Source: an uncultured delta proteobacterium
GTDB lineage: Bacteria > Desulfobacterota > Binatia > UBA9968
Length of the DNA: 64,000 nt
Direction of reading: 5' to 3'
Assembly (NCBI GenBank): GCA_963745035.1
Contig: CAVUVW010000021.1
Location: 320,001 to 384,000, forward strand
Shown here: one piece after another, positions 28,353 to 37,236 of the stretch
How the letters are laid out: each line of letters starts with the position of its first letter
How positions within the stretch are numbered: position 1 is the stretch's first letter
Notes under the pieces: model-generated
Seen by the model: the letters and a program-made list of their open reading frames with translations, nothing else
Told to the model about the DNA's origin: nothing
The model's database searches: none
Program-made: the position numbers and the translations under genes

Positions 28353-29411
28353 TTATCGCGCTGGAAGCGAGCCCTCGGCGGAAAGTTTTTTTAGCAGATC
28401 GATCACCTCGGCGTCGCGCGGCATTTCCCGGATCGCTTTCTCCATCTCTTCCGGCATGAGCGGCTCGGGGTCTTCGCCGGTAAGCGTTTTGTATTCGCGG
28501 TGAAATTCGGAGTCTTTGAAAGCCTTACGCATAGCATCCTGGAGAATGACGACCTTGTCCTTCGGTGTTCCCGGGGGCAAAGCGTAAGGCACGCCGACAA
28601 GTCTCAAGGTCCGGTACATGGTGAGGAGCTTGGCCTCGTTCTCGGATTTAGCAAAACTTTCGATCTCGGGAGTACGGCCGAAGCGGGGATGCTTGGCTCC
28701 TTTCGGAATCTCCAAGATCGCGTGGATATCCATCACGCTTTTTTCCACCCAATCCGGGTTGCGGTGCAGTAGCTGGGCGACATTATTCGCTCTGCCATCG
28801 AGCTCCCCGCGCAGTAGAGCGACCTCGATCTCCGGAGTTGTGTAGCCGACGATAAACTTCGGGTCTTTCAAACCCAGAAAGTACGCAAAGAGCCGACCGG
28901 CGATATAGTTCGGGTGTCCTACCGCTTGGGCGCCGAGCCTGAGGCTGGAAGCCGCTCGCAGCTTCTCGGGATTGCTCAAAGCGAGTTCCTTTCTTGTGTA
29001 CAGGATCTGATGCGAAGTGCTTTCCGATGCGCCGAGGTAGATGAACTTATCGATATCGTACATGACACCGGTCGCGCCAAGGACGTTCAGCGCGACTATG
29101 CTGCCGCTCAAGGCCCCTATGGTGAGCCCGTCCGGCTTCGCGACCTGGTAGACATGATTGGCTGCTTGCCGACCGCCGCCGCCGGCCTTGTGCTCGAGCA
29201 CGATCGTCGGATTGCCGGGGATATATTTCCGCAGAGTAGGAACGAGCGCCTTTGTGCGGTGATCTCCCGCTCCTCCGGGGGCGGTGCCCAGAACAATCAC
29301 TAGGGTCTTACCCTGATAAAAAGGAGCCTGCGCCAAGGCGCCGTCGGCAAGAACGGCTGAAACCGCAACTACGGTGACCCAAAACCGCACGATCAAGTGG
29401 TTCGTTCCCAT
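28353..29411 (-). CDS. Tripartite tricarboxylate transporter substrate-binding protein (TctC/Bug)
   Basis: FYQGKT, PGGAGD, IPGNPTIV, KPDGLTIG, ALLRGELDG and PPGTPKD motifs; start MGTNH at 29411. Confidence 0.87.
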   Translation of the reverse strand: MGTNHLIVRFWVTVVAVSAVLADGALAQAPFYQGKTLVIVLGTAPGGAGDHRTKALVPTLRKYIPGNPTIVLEHKAGGGGRQAANHVYQVAKPDGLTIGALSGSIVALNVLGATGVMYDIDKFIYLGASESTSHQILYTRKELALSNPEKLRAASSLRLGAQAVGHPNYIAGRLFAYFLGLKDPKFIVGYTTPEIEVALLRGELDGRANNVAQLLHRNPDWVEKSVMDIHAILEIPKGAKHPRFGRTPEIESFAKSENEAKLLTMYRTLRLVGVPYALPPGTPKDKVVILQDAMRKAFKDSEFHREYKTLTGEDPEPLMPEEMEKAIREMPRDAEVIDLLKKLSAEGSLPAR

Positions 29412-29519
29412 TGCAGACCTTCCCTCATCTCGATTGCTTGTGTACAACGTCGCGCCGAGTGAGCGCGCGCTCACGGCCAATAAACAATTGGTGCGGCATC
29501 TGCGAATTGTCGAAAAAAT

Positions 29520-29546
29520 CACCGCGGAGGCGCGGAGGACGCGGAG
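29520..29546 (+). repeat. Short CGCGGAG tandem array
   Basis: cac cgcggag g cgcggag ga cgcggag. Confidence 0.55.
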
Positions 29547-29579
29547 TAAGTGGCATACGGCGATCCGGTTACTGCGCGT

Positions 29580-30338
29580 TTATTTGTGTGCAGGGTCGGT
29601 ATGCAAACGAGTCAATTCCGAGGCAGACATTGCTGCAACCTCCGACCACGTAATCAACTTTGCGCGATCAGGCAAATCCAAATAACGATGCGTTTCATTT
29701 CTAATGACATAGGGATACGGAGCGATCTCCAATAGATTGCGGTCGCTGGCCAACGGATCATCGGCGAAAACAAAGCCTATTCTCGCCTTCAGGGCCTCTT
29801 CGCTGACTCCTAAGGCATCCATCACGCCAATAATTTTGTTGCTGCCCATATTGAAATGAAGAACAATCCCAGAGCTCCAATCGATTCTCGAACCAGACAC
29901 GAAAATTTTTTCCAACTCCGTTTCCCGAATCCAACCTTTGAGCAACAAAGCATGGAGAAACCCAACAGCTCCTTCGTGATAATTCGTGGTCGAGAAGACC
30001 GCCCGAACGCCGCTGCGTATTCGGCCCTTTAGAAAATTAATCGCTTCCTTCCAGACTAGTCCCTCGTCAATCAGGTTGCCTGTTATTCGCTGGACTTCAC
30101 GGGTCACTAGATCTGAGCTGACACCAGTTTTGAGAAGTTTCAAACCTCTTTTCATCATTGTGAGAGAACGCTCAAAGGGATCCATTCCGCTCTGAATTTC
30201 GGTCTTCCATTCGGTAACATATCTATCGAATAGATCTTCGTCGGCGGATAGAGTTTTCGTGGACAGATACCAAAGATCGTGGCCCGGAATCGTCAGGGTT
30301 CCGTCAATATCATAGACGTCGAAAGGGCAGGCTTGCAT
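29580..30338 (-). CDS. HAD-superfamily hydrolase, low GC
   Basis: DIDGTL motif I, STTN motif II, K and ADD...D motif IV; AT-rich codon usage. Confidence 0.75.
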   Translation of the reverse strand: MQACPFDVYDIDGTLTIPGHDLWYLSTKTLSADEDLFDRYVTEWKTEIQSGMDPFERSLTMMKRGLKLLKTGVSSDLVTREVQRITGNLIDEGLVWKEAINFLKGRIRSGVRAVFSTTNYHEGAVGFLHALLLKGWIRETELEKIFVSGSRIDWSSGIVLHFNMGSNKIIGVMDALGVSEEALKARIGFVFADDPLASDRNLLEIAPYPYVIRNETHRYLDLPDRAKLITWSEVAAMSASELTRLHTDPAHK

Positions 30339-30454
30339 ATCGAGAATGTTTGGCCTCGCTCATACCACAAGGACGGCAACAACGAACGATAAACCTTCTC
30401 CGGCGACCCGCTCGGCCCGCGCTCACCTGCAACGTTCTTGTAGTTAATGCCGAT

Positions 30455-31537
30455 TTACTGAACCGGGCTCGGCACCGGAATGTTGTAAAGCCGCGCGACG
30501 TTTTCGCGTACGAGCTTGGCGCGCACTGGCGCCGGAAGATCACCCAGGTCGCGAGCGATCACTTGACGCGAGCTTGGCCAGGTCGTGTTGCCGTGCGGGA
30601 AGTCGTTGGACCACATGCAGTTGTCTTGGCCCCACCAAGTTAAGATGTGGCCGCCGACTGCGTCGTTGAAAAAAGTCGTGTAGATCTGGCCGTGAAAATA
30701 CTCGCTGGGTTGTTTTTTGATCTTGAGGCCCTCGCGCTTGGTGCCATGACGTTTGAAGTAGTAGTCCCACTGCTCCAGCACGAACGGAATCCAGCCGAGC
30801 TCGTTTTCGACCAAGACAATCTTTAGTTTTGGAAAGCGCTCCAATACGCCGGAGTAGATCAGATCGTAGAGACTATCGACCGACTGGAATAGCTTCATAT
30901 TGACGTTATTGTGCTCCCGGGTCATGCCGGTCGGGGTATCGCCTTGCCCGAACGAACGGCTTCGGCTGTAGCCGTGGCCGCTCAGGATGTGCAGGTTGAC
31001 CGGCATGTCGAGATCCTGAGATGCCGCCCAGAATTTATCGTAATGTGGTGACGAAAACGGCAGCTCTGCCGGCGGCACCTGCCAGATCACCGAACCGCGC
31101 ATGCCGGCTTTGCGGCAGCGCTCCAGTTCCTTCACGGCGCCGTCGATGTCGTACATCGACAGCATGGCGATGCCGATCATCCGGTCGGGCGCGGCACTGC
31201 AATAGTCGATCAGCCAGTCGTTATACACCCGGCAGCAGGCCGCTTCCATTTCGCGGTCGTCGAGGCTCAAACATTTCAAGCCGTGGGTCGGGTAAAGAAC
31301 TTCCCCGCTGACGCCGTCGGCCGCCATCTCGGAAACACGCTTGTTTTTTTCCTGCGCGCCGCCGGGAACATCATTCGGTCTTTGACCCCCAAAATCCGGG
31401 GCGCGGTCTTTAAACGCTTGCGGCATGTTGTTTTTCCAGAGCCCCGCCGGTTCGATGACGTGAGAGTCCGAAGAAATCAGAACTTCGTTAACGACGGCAT
31501 CGGTGTCTTTGCCGTAGGTTCGTTCAATAATGCCCAT
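30455..31537 (-). CDS. Amidohydrolase family 2 protein, copy A
   Basis: SSDSHVIEP, VLYPT, YNDW, NLHI, ERFPKLKIVLVE and WSNDFPH motifs. Confidence 0.92.
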   Translation of the reverse strand: MGIIERTYGKDTDAVVNEVLISSDSHVIEPAGLWKNNMPQAFKDRAPDFGGQRPNDVPGGAQEKNKRVSEMAADGVSGEVLYPTHGLKCLSLDDREMEAACCRVYNDWLIDYCSAAPDRMIGIAMLSMYDIDGAVKELERCRKAGMRGSVIWQVPPAELPFSSPHYDKFWAASQDLDMPVNLHILSGHGYSRSRSFGQGDTPTGMTREHNNVNMKLFQSVDSLYDLIYSGVLERFPKLKIVLVENELGWIPFVLEQWDYYFKRHGTKREGLKIKKQPSEYFHGQIYTTFFNDAVGGHILTWWGQDNCMWSNDFPHGNTTWPSSRQVIARDLGDLPAPVRAKLVRENVARLYNIPVPSPVQ

Positions 31538-31561
31538 TGAGGGCTCCTCCCCTATCGCCAA

Positions 31562-32647
31562 CTATTGAATCGGACTCGGTATCGGGATGTTGTAAACCCG
31601 TGCAACGTTTTCCCGTACCAGTTTGGCGCGCGATGCAACAGGGAGGTCGCCGAGGTCGCGGGACACGACCTGACGAGACTGGGGCCAGGTCGTGTTGCCG
31701 TGCGGGAAGTCGTTGGACCACATGCAGTTGTCGATGCCCCACCAAGACAGGATGTGACCGCCGACGGCGTCGTTGAAGAAAGTCGTATAAATCTGATTGT
31801 GGAAGTATTCGCTCGGCAGCTTTTTGATCAGTAAACCCTCGCGCTTGGCGCCACCAAAACGTTTGAAGTAGTAGTCCCACTGCTCCAGCACGAACGGAAT
31901 CCAGCCAAGTTCATTCTCGACCAAGACAATCTTCAGCTTTGGAAAGCGTTCCAACACGCCGGAATAGATCAGATCGTAGAGGCTATCGACCGACTGAAAT
32001 AGTTTTGCGTTGACGCTGTTATGCTCCTGGGTGAGGCCGGTTGCGGTATCGCCGAGCCCGAACGAACGGCTACGGCTATAACCGTGGCCGCTCAAGATGT
32101 GCAGGTTGACCGGCATGTCGAGATCCTGGGACGCCGCCCAGAACTTGTCATAATGCGGTGACGAAAACGGCAGCTCTGCCGGCGGCACCTGCCAGATGAC
32201 CGAACCGCGCATGCCCGCTTTGCGGCAGCGCTCCAGTTCCTTCACGGCGCCGTCGATGTCGTACATCGACAACATGGCAATGCCGATCATCCGATCCGGC
32301 GCGGCGCTGCAATAGTCGATCAGCCAGTCGTTATAAACCCGGCAGCAGGCCGCCTCCATCTCGCGGTCGTCGAGGCTCAAACATTTCAAGCCGTGGGTCG
32401 GGTAAAGAACTTCCCCGCTGACGCCGTCGGCCGCCATCTCGGAAACGCGCTTGTTCTTTTCCTGCGCGCCGCCGGGAACGTCATTGGGCCTTTGCCCGCC
32501 AAAATCGGGAGCGCGGTCTTTAAAGGCTTGCGGCATGTTTTTCTTCCAGAGCCCCGCCGGTTCGATGACGTGGGAGTCGGAGGAAATAAGAACTTCGTCA
32601 ATGACAGCGTCGGTTTTTTTACCGTAGGTTCGTTCAATTATGCCCAT
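31562..32647 (-). CDS. Amidohydrolase family 2 protein, copy B (tandem paralogue)
   Basis: Same motifs; about 27 differences from copy A over about 360 aa by manual comparison. Confidence 0.92.
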   Translation of the reverse strand: MGIIERTYGKKTDAVIDEVLISSDSHVIEPAGLWKKNMPQAFKDRAPDFGGQRPNDVPGGAQEKNKRVSEMAADGVSGEVLYPTHGLKCLSLDDREMEAACCRVYNDWLIDYCSAAPDRMIGIAMLSMYDIDGAVKELERCRKAGMRGSVIWQVPPAELPFSSPHYDKFWAASQDLDMPVNLHILSGHGYSRSRSFGLGDTATGLTQEHNSVNAKLFQSVDSLYDLIYSGVLERFPKLKIVLVENELGWIPFVLEQWDYYFKRFGGAKREGLLIKKLPSEYFHNQIYTTFFNDAVGGHILSWWGIDNCMWSNDFPHGNTTWPQSRQVVSRDLGDLPVASRAKLVRENVARVYNIPIPSPIQ

Positions 32648-32714
32648 TGCTTTGGCTCCTTTTCTTCTCGATGTAATAACGCAGATACCGTGAGCGGGGC
32701 AAGAGGAGGGGAGG

Positions 32715-32746
32715 AATGGATAATGGATAATTGAGAATCGACAATT
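32715..32746 (+). repeat. Left heptamer-array inverted repeat
   Basis: AATGGAT AATGGAT AATTGAG AATCGAC AATT; 30/32 match to the reverse complement of 33210..33241. Confidence 0.88.
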
Positions 32747-32853
32747 GGCCGGATTGACGGGCCGTGTTCGAACATCACGGCGGTGACGATGCTGCTGTTC
32801 GGACGATTCTCTGCGTGATAAGAAGTTGGTTAAAAATTGATAGTGGATTAAGA

Positions 32854-33211
32854 ATGAAAAGAGAATATTGTCAAAGATAAGTCGTTTGCTTTTGCGCTCC
32901 GGGTGGTGAAGTTGGCGAAGTATCTAGAGAGTGAGAAGAGGGAATTTGTCCTATCGCGACAGGTTCTTCGAAGTGGGACGGCGGTTGGCGCGTTGGTGAG
33001 AGAAGCAGAACACGCGGAAAGCAGAGCCGACTTTATTCACAAGATGAGCATTGCGTTGAAGGAAGCTAATGAAACGCTATATTGGTTGGATCTGCTGCAC
33101 CAGGGCGAATACATCGACGCTCAAACCTTCAAATCAATCGGATCCGACAGCGAAGAGCGAATCAAATTACTCACTGCCATAGTAAAGAGTTCGAAAGTCA
33201 CACGGCAGTAA
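32854..33211 (+). CDS. Four-helix-bundle protein (23S rRNA IVS / TIGR02436 family), with a 1-nt frameshift just after the ATG
   Basis: MKENIVKDKSFAFALRVVKL...LSRQVLRSGTAVGALVREA..AESRADFIHKMSIALKEANETLYWL; one extra A in ATGAAAAGAG. Confidence 0.87.
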
Positions 33212-33241
33212 TTATCCATTCTCAATTATCCATTATCCATT
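33210..33241 (-). repeat. Right heptamer-array inverted repeat
   Basis: Minus strand reads AATGGAT AATGGAT AATTGAG AATGGAT AATT; overlaps the TAA stop. Confidence 0.88.
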
Positions 33242-33242
33242 T

Positions 33243-33515
33243 TCATGAGGGCTGCAGCGGATTTTTGGAGTAGTCAGCACCGACCAAAGCGACTCCGCCG
33301 TTGCGCTCCGCGAGCTGCATGGCAAAAGCGACGGCCGCTTGGATATCTTCGACTTCAAGACAAGGATAATGCTCGATGATCCTTGCCGTTGACAGGCCCT
33401 GAGCCAAGGCATCGAGAATGATGGCAATATAAATGCGCGTGCCGCGAATGAAGGGTTTCCCTTGGCAAACCTGCGGGTCGACTATCACTCTTGCCAGCAA
33501 TTCCTGATCATTCAT
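33243..33515 (-). CDS. DUF433 (VapB45-like putative antitoxin) protein
   Basis: DPQVCQGKPFIRGTRI...IIEHYPCLEVEDIQAAVAFA. Confidence 0.88.
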   Translation of the reverse strand: MNDQELLARVIVDPQVCQGKPFIRGTRIYIAIILDALAQGLSTARIIEHYPCLEVEDIQAAVAFAMQLAERNGGVALVGADYSKNPLQPS

Positions 33516-33600
33516 CGGCATGCGGTTCGGCCGCCGGAGAAAATGACATCGTCATTACGGTCAATGATACAACGCCGCCGAAGGATTGGGCAACCCATTT

Positions 33601-34662
33601 TCACCGACGACGCTCCAGCAACGGCGCGGTGAGAGTGAAGATATATTGCGTGCCGACGTTGACGATTACGACCCGAAACAGGTGAAAAGCAACGACCAGC
33701 GGTACGCTGATTTTCAGCGCCTGGGCGGTGATCGTCATTTCGGCCAAGCCGCCCGGCGCCGTTGCAAGGACCATGGTGGCGACGGGCAGGCCGAAGGCCC
33801 ACGCCAGCGCAGCCCCGGCGAGAGCGGAAGCGACCAGGATGAAGCAAGAATTGAGGAGCGCGAACGGTATGAATAATTTGTAGCGAACGAAGAAGGCGCG
33901 CTCGTAGCGGGCGCCAAGCACCAGGCCGAACATGAGCTGCGCAAAATCGATGAGCGGGGACGGCACCGCAGAAAGCTGGATGCCGCTGACCGTCAGCCCC
34001 GCCCCCAGGAAAATCGGCACCAGCAGGCAGCCGTTGTGAAAATGCAATCGTTCGGAGATCTCGCCGAGCAGCCAGCCGACCGCCAGCCATGGAATCAGTA
34101 TGGAAAAATCAAGCGGCAGATTGGGCCGGTAGGCGGCAGCGACCAGGGGAAAGCCGCCGTAGGTGAGCGCGAAGGGAACGATGATGACGACGAGGGACAC
34201 CCGCAGGCTGTGGGCAACCGCGACGGGCGCGATCTGCGCGCCGTAGCGATCGGCGAGCACGGCCATGGCCATGGCGCCGCCCGGGATCGAGGCGAAGAAA
34301 GTCGATTTCCCGTCCACGCCCGACGCGCGGCTCAATGTCAACGCGCCGATGCCGCCGACCAGAAACACGGCGATCGTCGCGGCGATGATCGCCGGCAAGT
34401 TCGCGGCCAAGGCGGCCACGACCGGCGGGGTAAAATAGAGCGATACCGCCGAGCCCAAGATGACCTGTCCCATCTGCCGCGCCAAAGGCGGCGAGTGCAT
34501 GCTCACGCCGAGCAAATTGAGCGCGGCAACGGCGACCATCGGGCCGATCATCCACGGAATCGGCGTGGCGAGCAGGTCGAACAGATAGCCCGCCGGTACG
34601 CCGACGGCGAGCGCGCGCAGGATACCGGGCGCGCGGTGGCGCAGATGGGCGAGCTCACTCAT
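33601..34662 (-). CDS. AbrB-family duplicated membrane protein
   Basis: PIPWMIGPM, GQVILG, FFASIPGG and LATAPGGLAEM; internal repeat; about 10 TM segments. Confidence 0.87.
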   Translation of the reverse strand: MSELAHLRHRAPGILRALAVGVPAGYLFDLLATPIPWMIGPMVAVAALNLLGVSMHSPPLARQMGQVILGSAVSLYFTPPVVAALAANLPAIIAATIAVFLVGGIGALTLSRASGVDGKSTFFASIPGGAMAMAVLADRYGAQIAPVAVAHSLRVSLVVIIVPFALTYGGFPLVAAAYRPNLPLDFSILIPWLAVGWLLGEISERLHFHNGCLLVPIFLGAGLTVSGIQLSAVPSPLIDFAQLMFGLVLGARYERAFFVRYKLFIPFALLNSCFILVASALAGAALAWAFGLPVATMVLATAPGGLAEMTITAQALKISVPLVVAFHLFRVVIVNVGTQYIFTLTAPLLERRR

Positions 34663-34987
34663 GAGATGGATCTGTCAGGCCGCGCGTGGCGGGAAATGGC
34701 GTGTTCTTTGGAGCTTTCTAAAAAATTTTTGCGCGAACGGATGAAACAGCCGCGGGCACAAGCTCATTTAGTTCCTACGTGCGCACTCTTGTCAACAAGG
34801 CGCTGTCGAGAGCGAGGAAATCGACCCGGATGAATCGAGAGAGCGCTGCCGGCGGCACCGACCGCGTGCGAGTATTCCAACGCGCTTTCGCCTGCGAAGA
34901 AGTGGAAAAATCGTCGGCGGATTCTTTCAGGCTGACGTGGCGGCACGGTAAACCTGGCTGCAGCGCGCAGCGAGCGCGCCTTCGCTT

Positions 34988-35983
34988 TCAAAACCTGCCT
35001 TCCTTCTCCATTCTGCGGACGGCGGCGTCGTCGATCAGCTCCTCGGCTTTCAGCCGGCGAATCTTCTCGTTGCTGGCGCCCAGCAGGCGGATGACGTTAC
35101 GGACGCCGTCCGCTGTCGGGTAAATTTTTCTCTCATAGAGATTGACCATGCTGCGATAGCCGTCCTCTGCCTCCTCAATGCGGCGAAAGCGCAACGCCTT
35201 GGCCAGGCTCTTCATGACCTGTGCCTTGTTTTCCGGATTGCGGATATACGCCGAGGCGTCCAGCAGCGCGCGCAGCACGTTATCAACGGTCGCGGCGGAG
35301 CCGGTGACGAAGTTGCGCCTGCCGATGAGGCCGGAGCCCTGGTAGGGTATCGGCAGCTTCTCGCTGTCGGCGAGCACGGTGAAGCCCTTGGACTCGAGCA
35401 TCTTACCAAAGGTGTATCCCAGAAATGCGGCGTCCACGGTGCCGCTCATGATCCCTTGCGCCATCACCGCTTGCTCGCCGAGGGTCCTGAACTGGATCTT
35501 GTCGCGCTCGGGCACGAGCCCCCAATAATCGAGCATCAACATCGCGAAGATCCAGCCGCCGCCGCTCAGACTGTTGACTCCGAGGCTTTTGCCTTTCAGA
35601 TCCATCGGCGTTTTCACGCGCGGGTTGGCGACGAACATGCCGGAGAGCCGGTTGATGAAGCCGGCGACGAAAACCAGATCGGCGCCCTCGGCGATGGCGC
35701 CGAGATTGGCGCCCGAAACCGAGCCCCAATGAAACTGAGTTTCTCCGGAGCTCAGCGCCGACATGGCGACCGGACCGTTGCGCACCTGCACGAAAGTGAG
35801 ATCGAGGCCGTGCTTGCGAAAGAATCCTTGATCTTGGGCGACGTAAAGCACTCCATCGCGCTCGCTCGCCGAGCCGGAGGTGATCGTCAGCTTGGCGAGC
35901 GGCGCCGCGGCGCGCGCCGGAGGCGCGGCGAGGCATACGAGGAGAAAAATGGCCGCCATGTGATTGGCCAGGCGAATGTTCAT
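34988..35983 (-). CDS. ABC transporter substrate-binding protein, NMT1/THI5-like
   Basis: Signal peptide; VAQDQGFFRKHGLD; clear paralogue of 12989..13981. Confidence 0.88.
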   Translation of the reverse strand: MNIRLANHMAAIFLLVCLAAPPARAAAPLAKLTITSGSASERDGVLYVAQDQGFFRKHGLDLTFVQVRNGPVAMSALSSGETQFHWGSVSGANLGAIAEGADLVFVAGFINRLSGMFVANPRVKTPMDLKGKSLGVNSLSGGGWIFAMLMLDYWGLVPERDKIQFRTLGEQAVMAQGIMSGTVDAAFLGYTFGKMLESKGFTVLADSEKLPIPYQGSGLIGRRNFVTGSAATVDNVLRALLDASAYIRNPENKAQVMKSLAKALRFRRIEEAEDGYRSMVNLYERKIYPTADGVRNVIRLLGASNEKIRRLKAEELIDDAAVRRMEKEGRF

Positions 35984-36261
35984 GGAAAGCTCCTTGGACG
36001 GTCGAGGTCATTCATCCTGTATACGAGGTCGCGCGATTTTGCCAATGGGCAAGGAGCAGCAATGAATCCGAGATCCGCGGTCCAATGATTTGGCCCGTGA
36101 GGCGTTCCGCGTGTAAAGGGCAACGCATTCCGCCTCCGAGTTGCGAAGCGCGGCCTCTACGTTGAATTCGCTTGCAAAGAGCTTGGCTGTCCGAAGTAAG
36201 AGAGATACACTCCAAACAGTTTGCAACGGTCAACGTCAGACGTATAAGGCATACCCGACAG

Positions 36262-36921
36262 ATGTGTAGCACGATCCGGCTCGCGCCTTTCTTGCTGATT
36301 TTTCTCCTCAGCTCCTGTTCTTCGGTTTTTCTGAACGTGCCCACCGTGGCTGACGAGCAGGTGGAGCGTTACGTCAACGTCATCGCCCGCGAGATCGTCG
36401 CGGTTTCCGAGCACCGCGAGCTGTGGGCGAATTATCAAATTCGCCTGGCGGATTTCGCCCGCCGGGATATTCTCGGGTTGAGCATCGGCAATCAGCGGAT
36501 TTTTATCAGCTACGAGCTCGCCCGGCTGGCTTACCGCAACCGTGACTATCGCTGGTTGCTGCGCCATACCTTGGCGCACGAGATCGCGCACGACGTGCTC
36601 GGCGGCGACGCGGCGGCGCCGGAGCATGGGGGCAATCATGGCGCCGGACTCGCCAATCGTATCACCGGGCGTGACTTGGGCCTGTCGTCGTGGGTTACGT
36701 TTCGCCTGTACAGCCGCTCGACCGAACTCGCCGCGGACCGCAGGGCCATGGAGTATTGGCAAAAGCTCGGTTGGGATTGCAGCCATTGGGTGCGGCTCTT
36801 CGCGGATTTCGTCGAGCAAGGCTATGCCGGCGACGTCGATCACCCGACCCAAGAAAGACTGGAACAGGCCATACAGATTTGCTCCCAACAGAGTCTCGCC
36901 GGCGCCTTACCGCAGGAGTGA
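36262..36921 (+). CDS. M48-family zinc metallopeptidase, probable lipoprotein
   Basis: Lipobox LLSSC; LAHEIAH; YSRSTELAAD; HPTQERL. Confidence 0.78.
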   Translation: MCSTIRLAPFLLIFLLSSCSSVFLNVPTVADEQVERYVNVIAREIVAVSEHRELWANYQIRLADFARRDILGLSIGNQRIFISYELARLAYRNRDYRWLLRHTLAHEIAHDVLGGDAAAPEHGGNHGAGLANRITGRDLGLSSWVTFRLYSRSTELAADRRAMEYWQKLGWDCSHWVRLFADFVEQGYAGDVDHPTQERLEQAIQICSQQSLAGALPQE

Positions 36922-37028
36922 CACGCTGTCAGGACCGCGCCAATCCTCGCAGTCCAAGACGCGATCGTGACACGGCTTCATCCGGTCTGAATCAGCCAAC
37001 TGCCTGTTCTTTTTCAAATTAGGTCAAA

Positions 37029-37043
37029 TGGCATCGCCATTGC
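37029..37043 (+). promoter_or_regulatory. sigma54 -24/-12 promoter
   Basis: TGGCATCGCCATTGC: GG-N10-GC spacing with TGGCA and TTGC boxes; AT-rich tract just upstream. Confidence 0.65.
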
Positions 37044-37070
37044 GTTGGTCTCGTTCGAGGGGACCCCGTT

Positions 37071-37199
37071 ATGCTTCAGGATGCCATCGCCATGCTGCTG
37101 ATCATAGTGATCGTGCCTTTGTGCGCGATTGTTATTCTGCGCGGTTTTGCCAAGACCAAAAGGCAGCGACGGCCCGTGCAGAATTTTCGTTTTAAATAA
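37071..37199 (+). CDS. Small single-TM protein (42 aa), absent from the ORF track
   Basis: MLQDAIAMLLIIVIVPLCAIVILRGFAKTKRQRRPVQNFRFK; GAGGGG RBS; sigma54 box upstream. Confidence 0.6.
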   Translation: MLQDAIAMLLIIVIVPLCAIVILRGFAKTKRQRRPVQNFRFK

Positions 37200-37236
37200 A
37201 CCCTGCTTCAATTCCCTTGCGATCCCCCGTGAGCCG

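Noticed and set aside
30455-33241. Diversity-generating retroelement (near-identical copies beside an Avd-like gene)
   Set aside because: No reverse transcriptase is present; both copies are full genes and the differences are largely synonymous rather than adenine-specific
32715-33241. rRNA gene with an intervening sequence
   Set aside because: The flanks are protein-coding genes and no rRNA sequence is present
33601-34662. Ammonia monooxygenase
   Set aside because: The sequence is an AbrB-family membrane protein; the monooxygenase label is a legacy family name and no amoCAB genes are present
34675-34767. Possible 30-aa leader ORF upstream of the AbrB gene (minus strand)
   Set aside because: No clear RBS, attenuator or informative composition; could be chance
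37014-37211. 65-aa minus-strand ORF
   Set aside because: It overlaps the better-supported plus-strand 42-aa ORF and has no protein-like features
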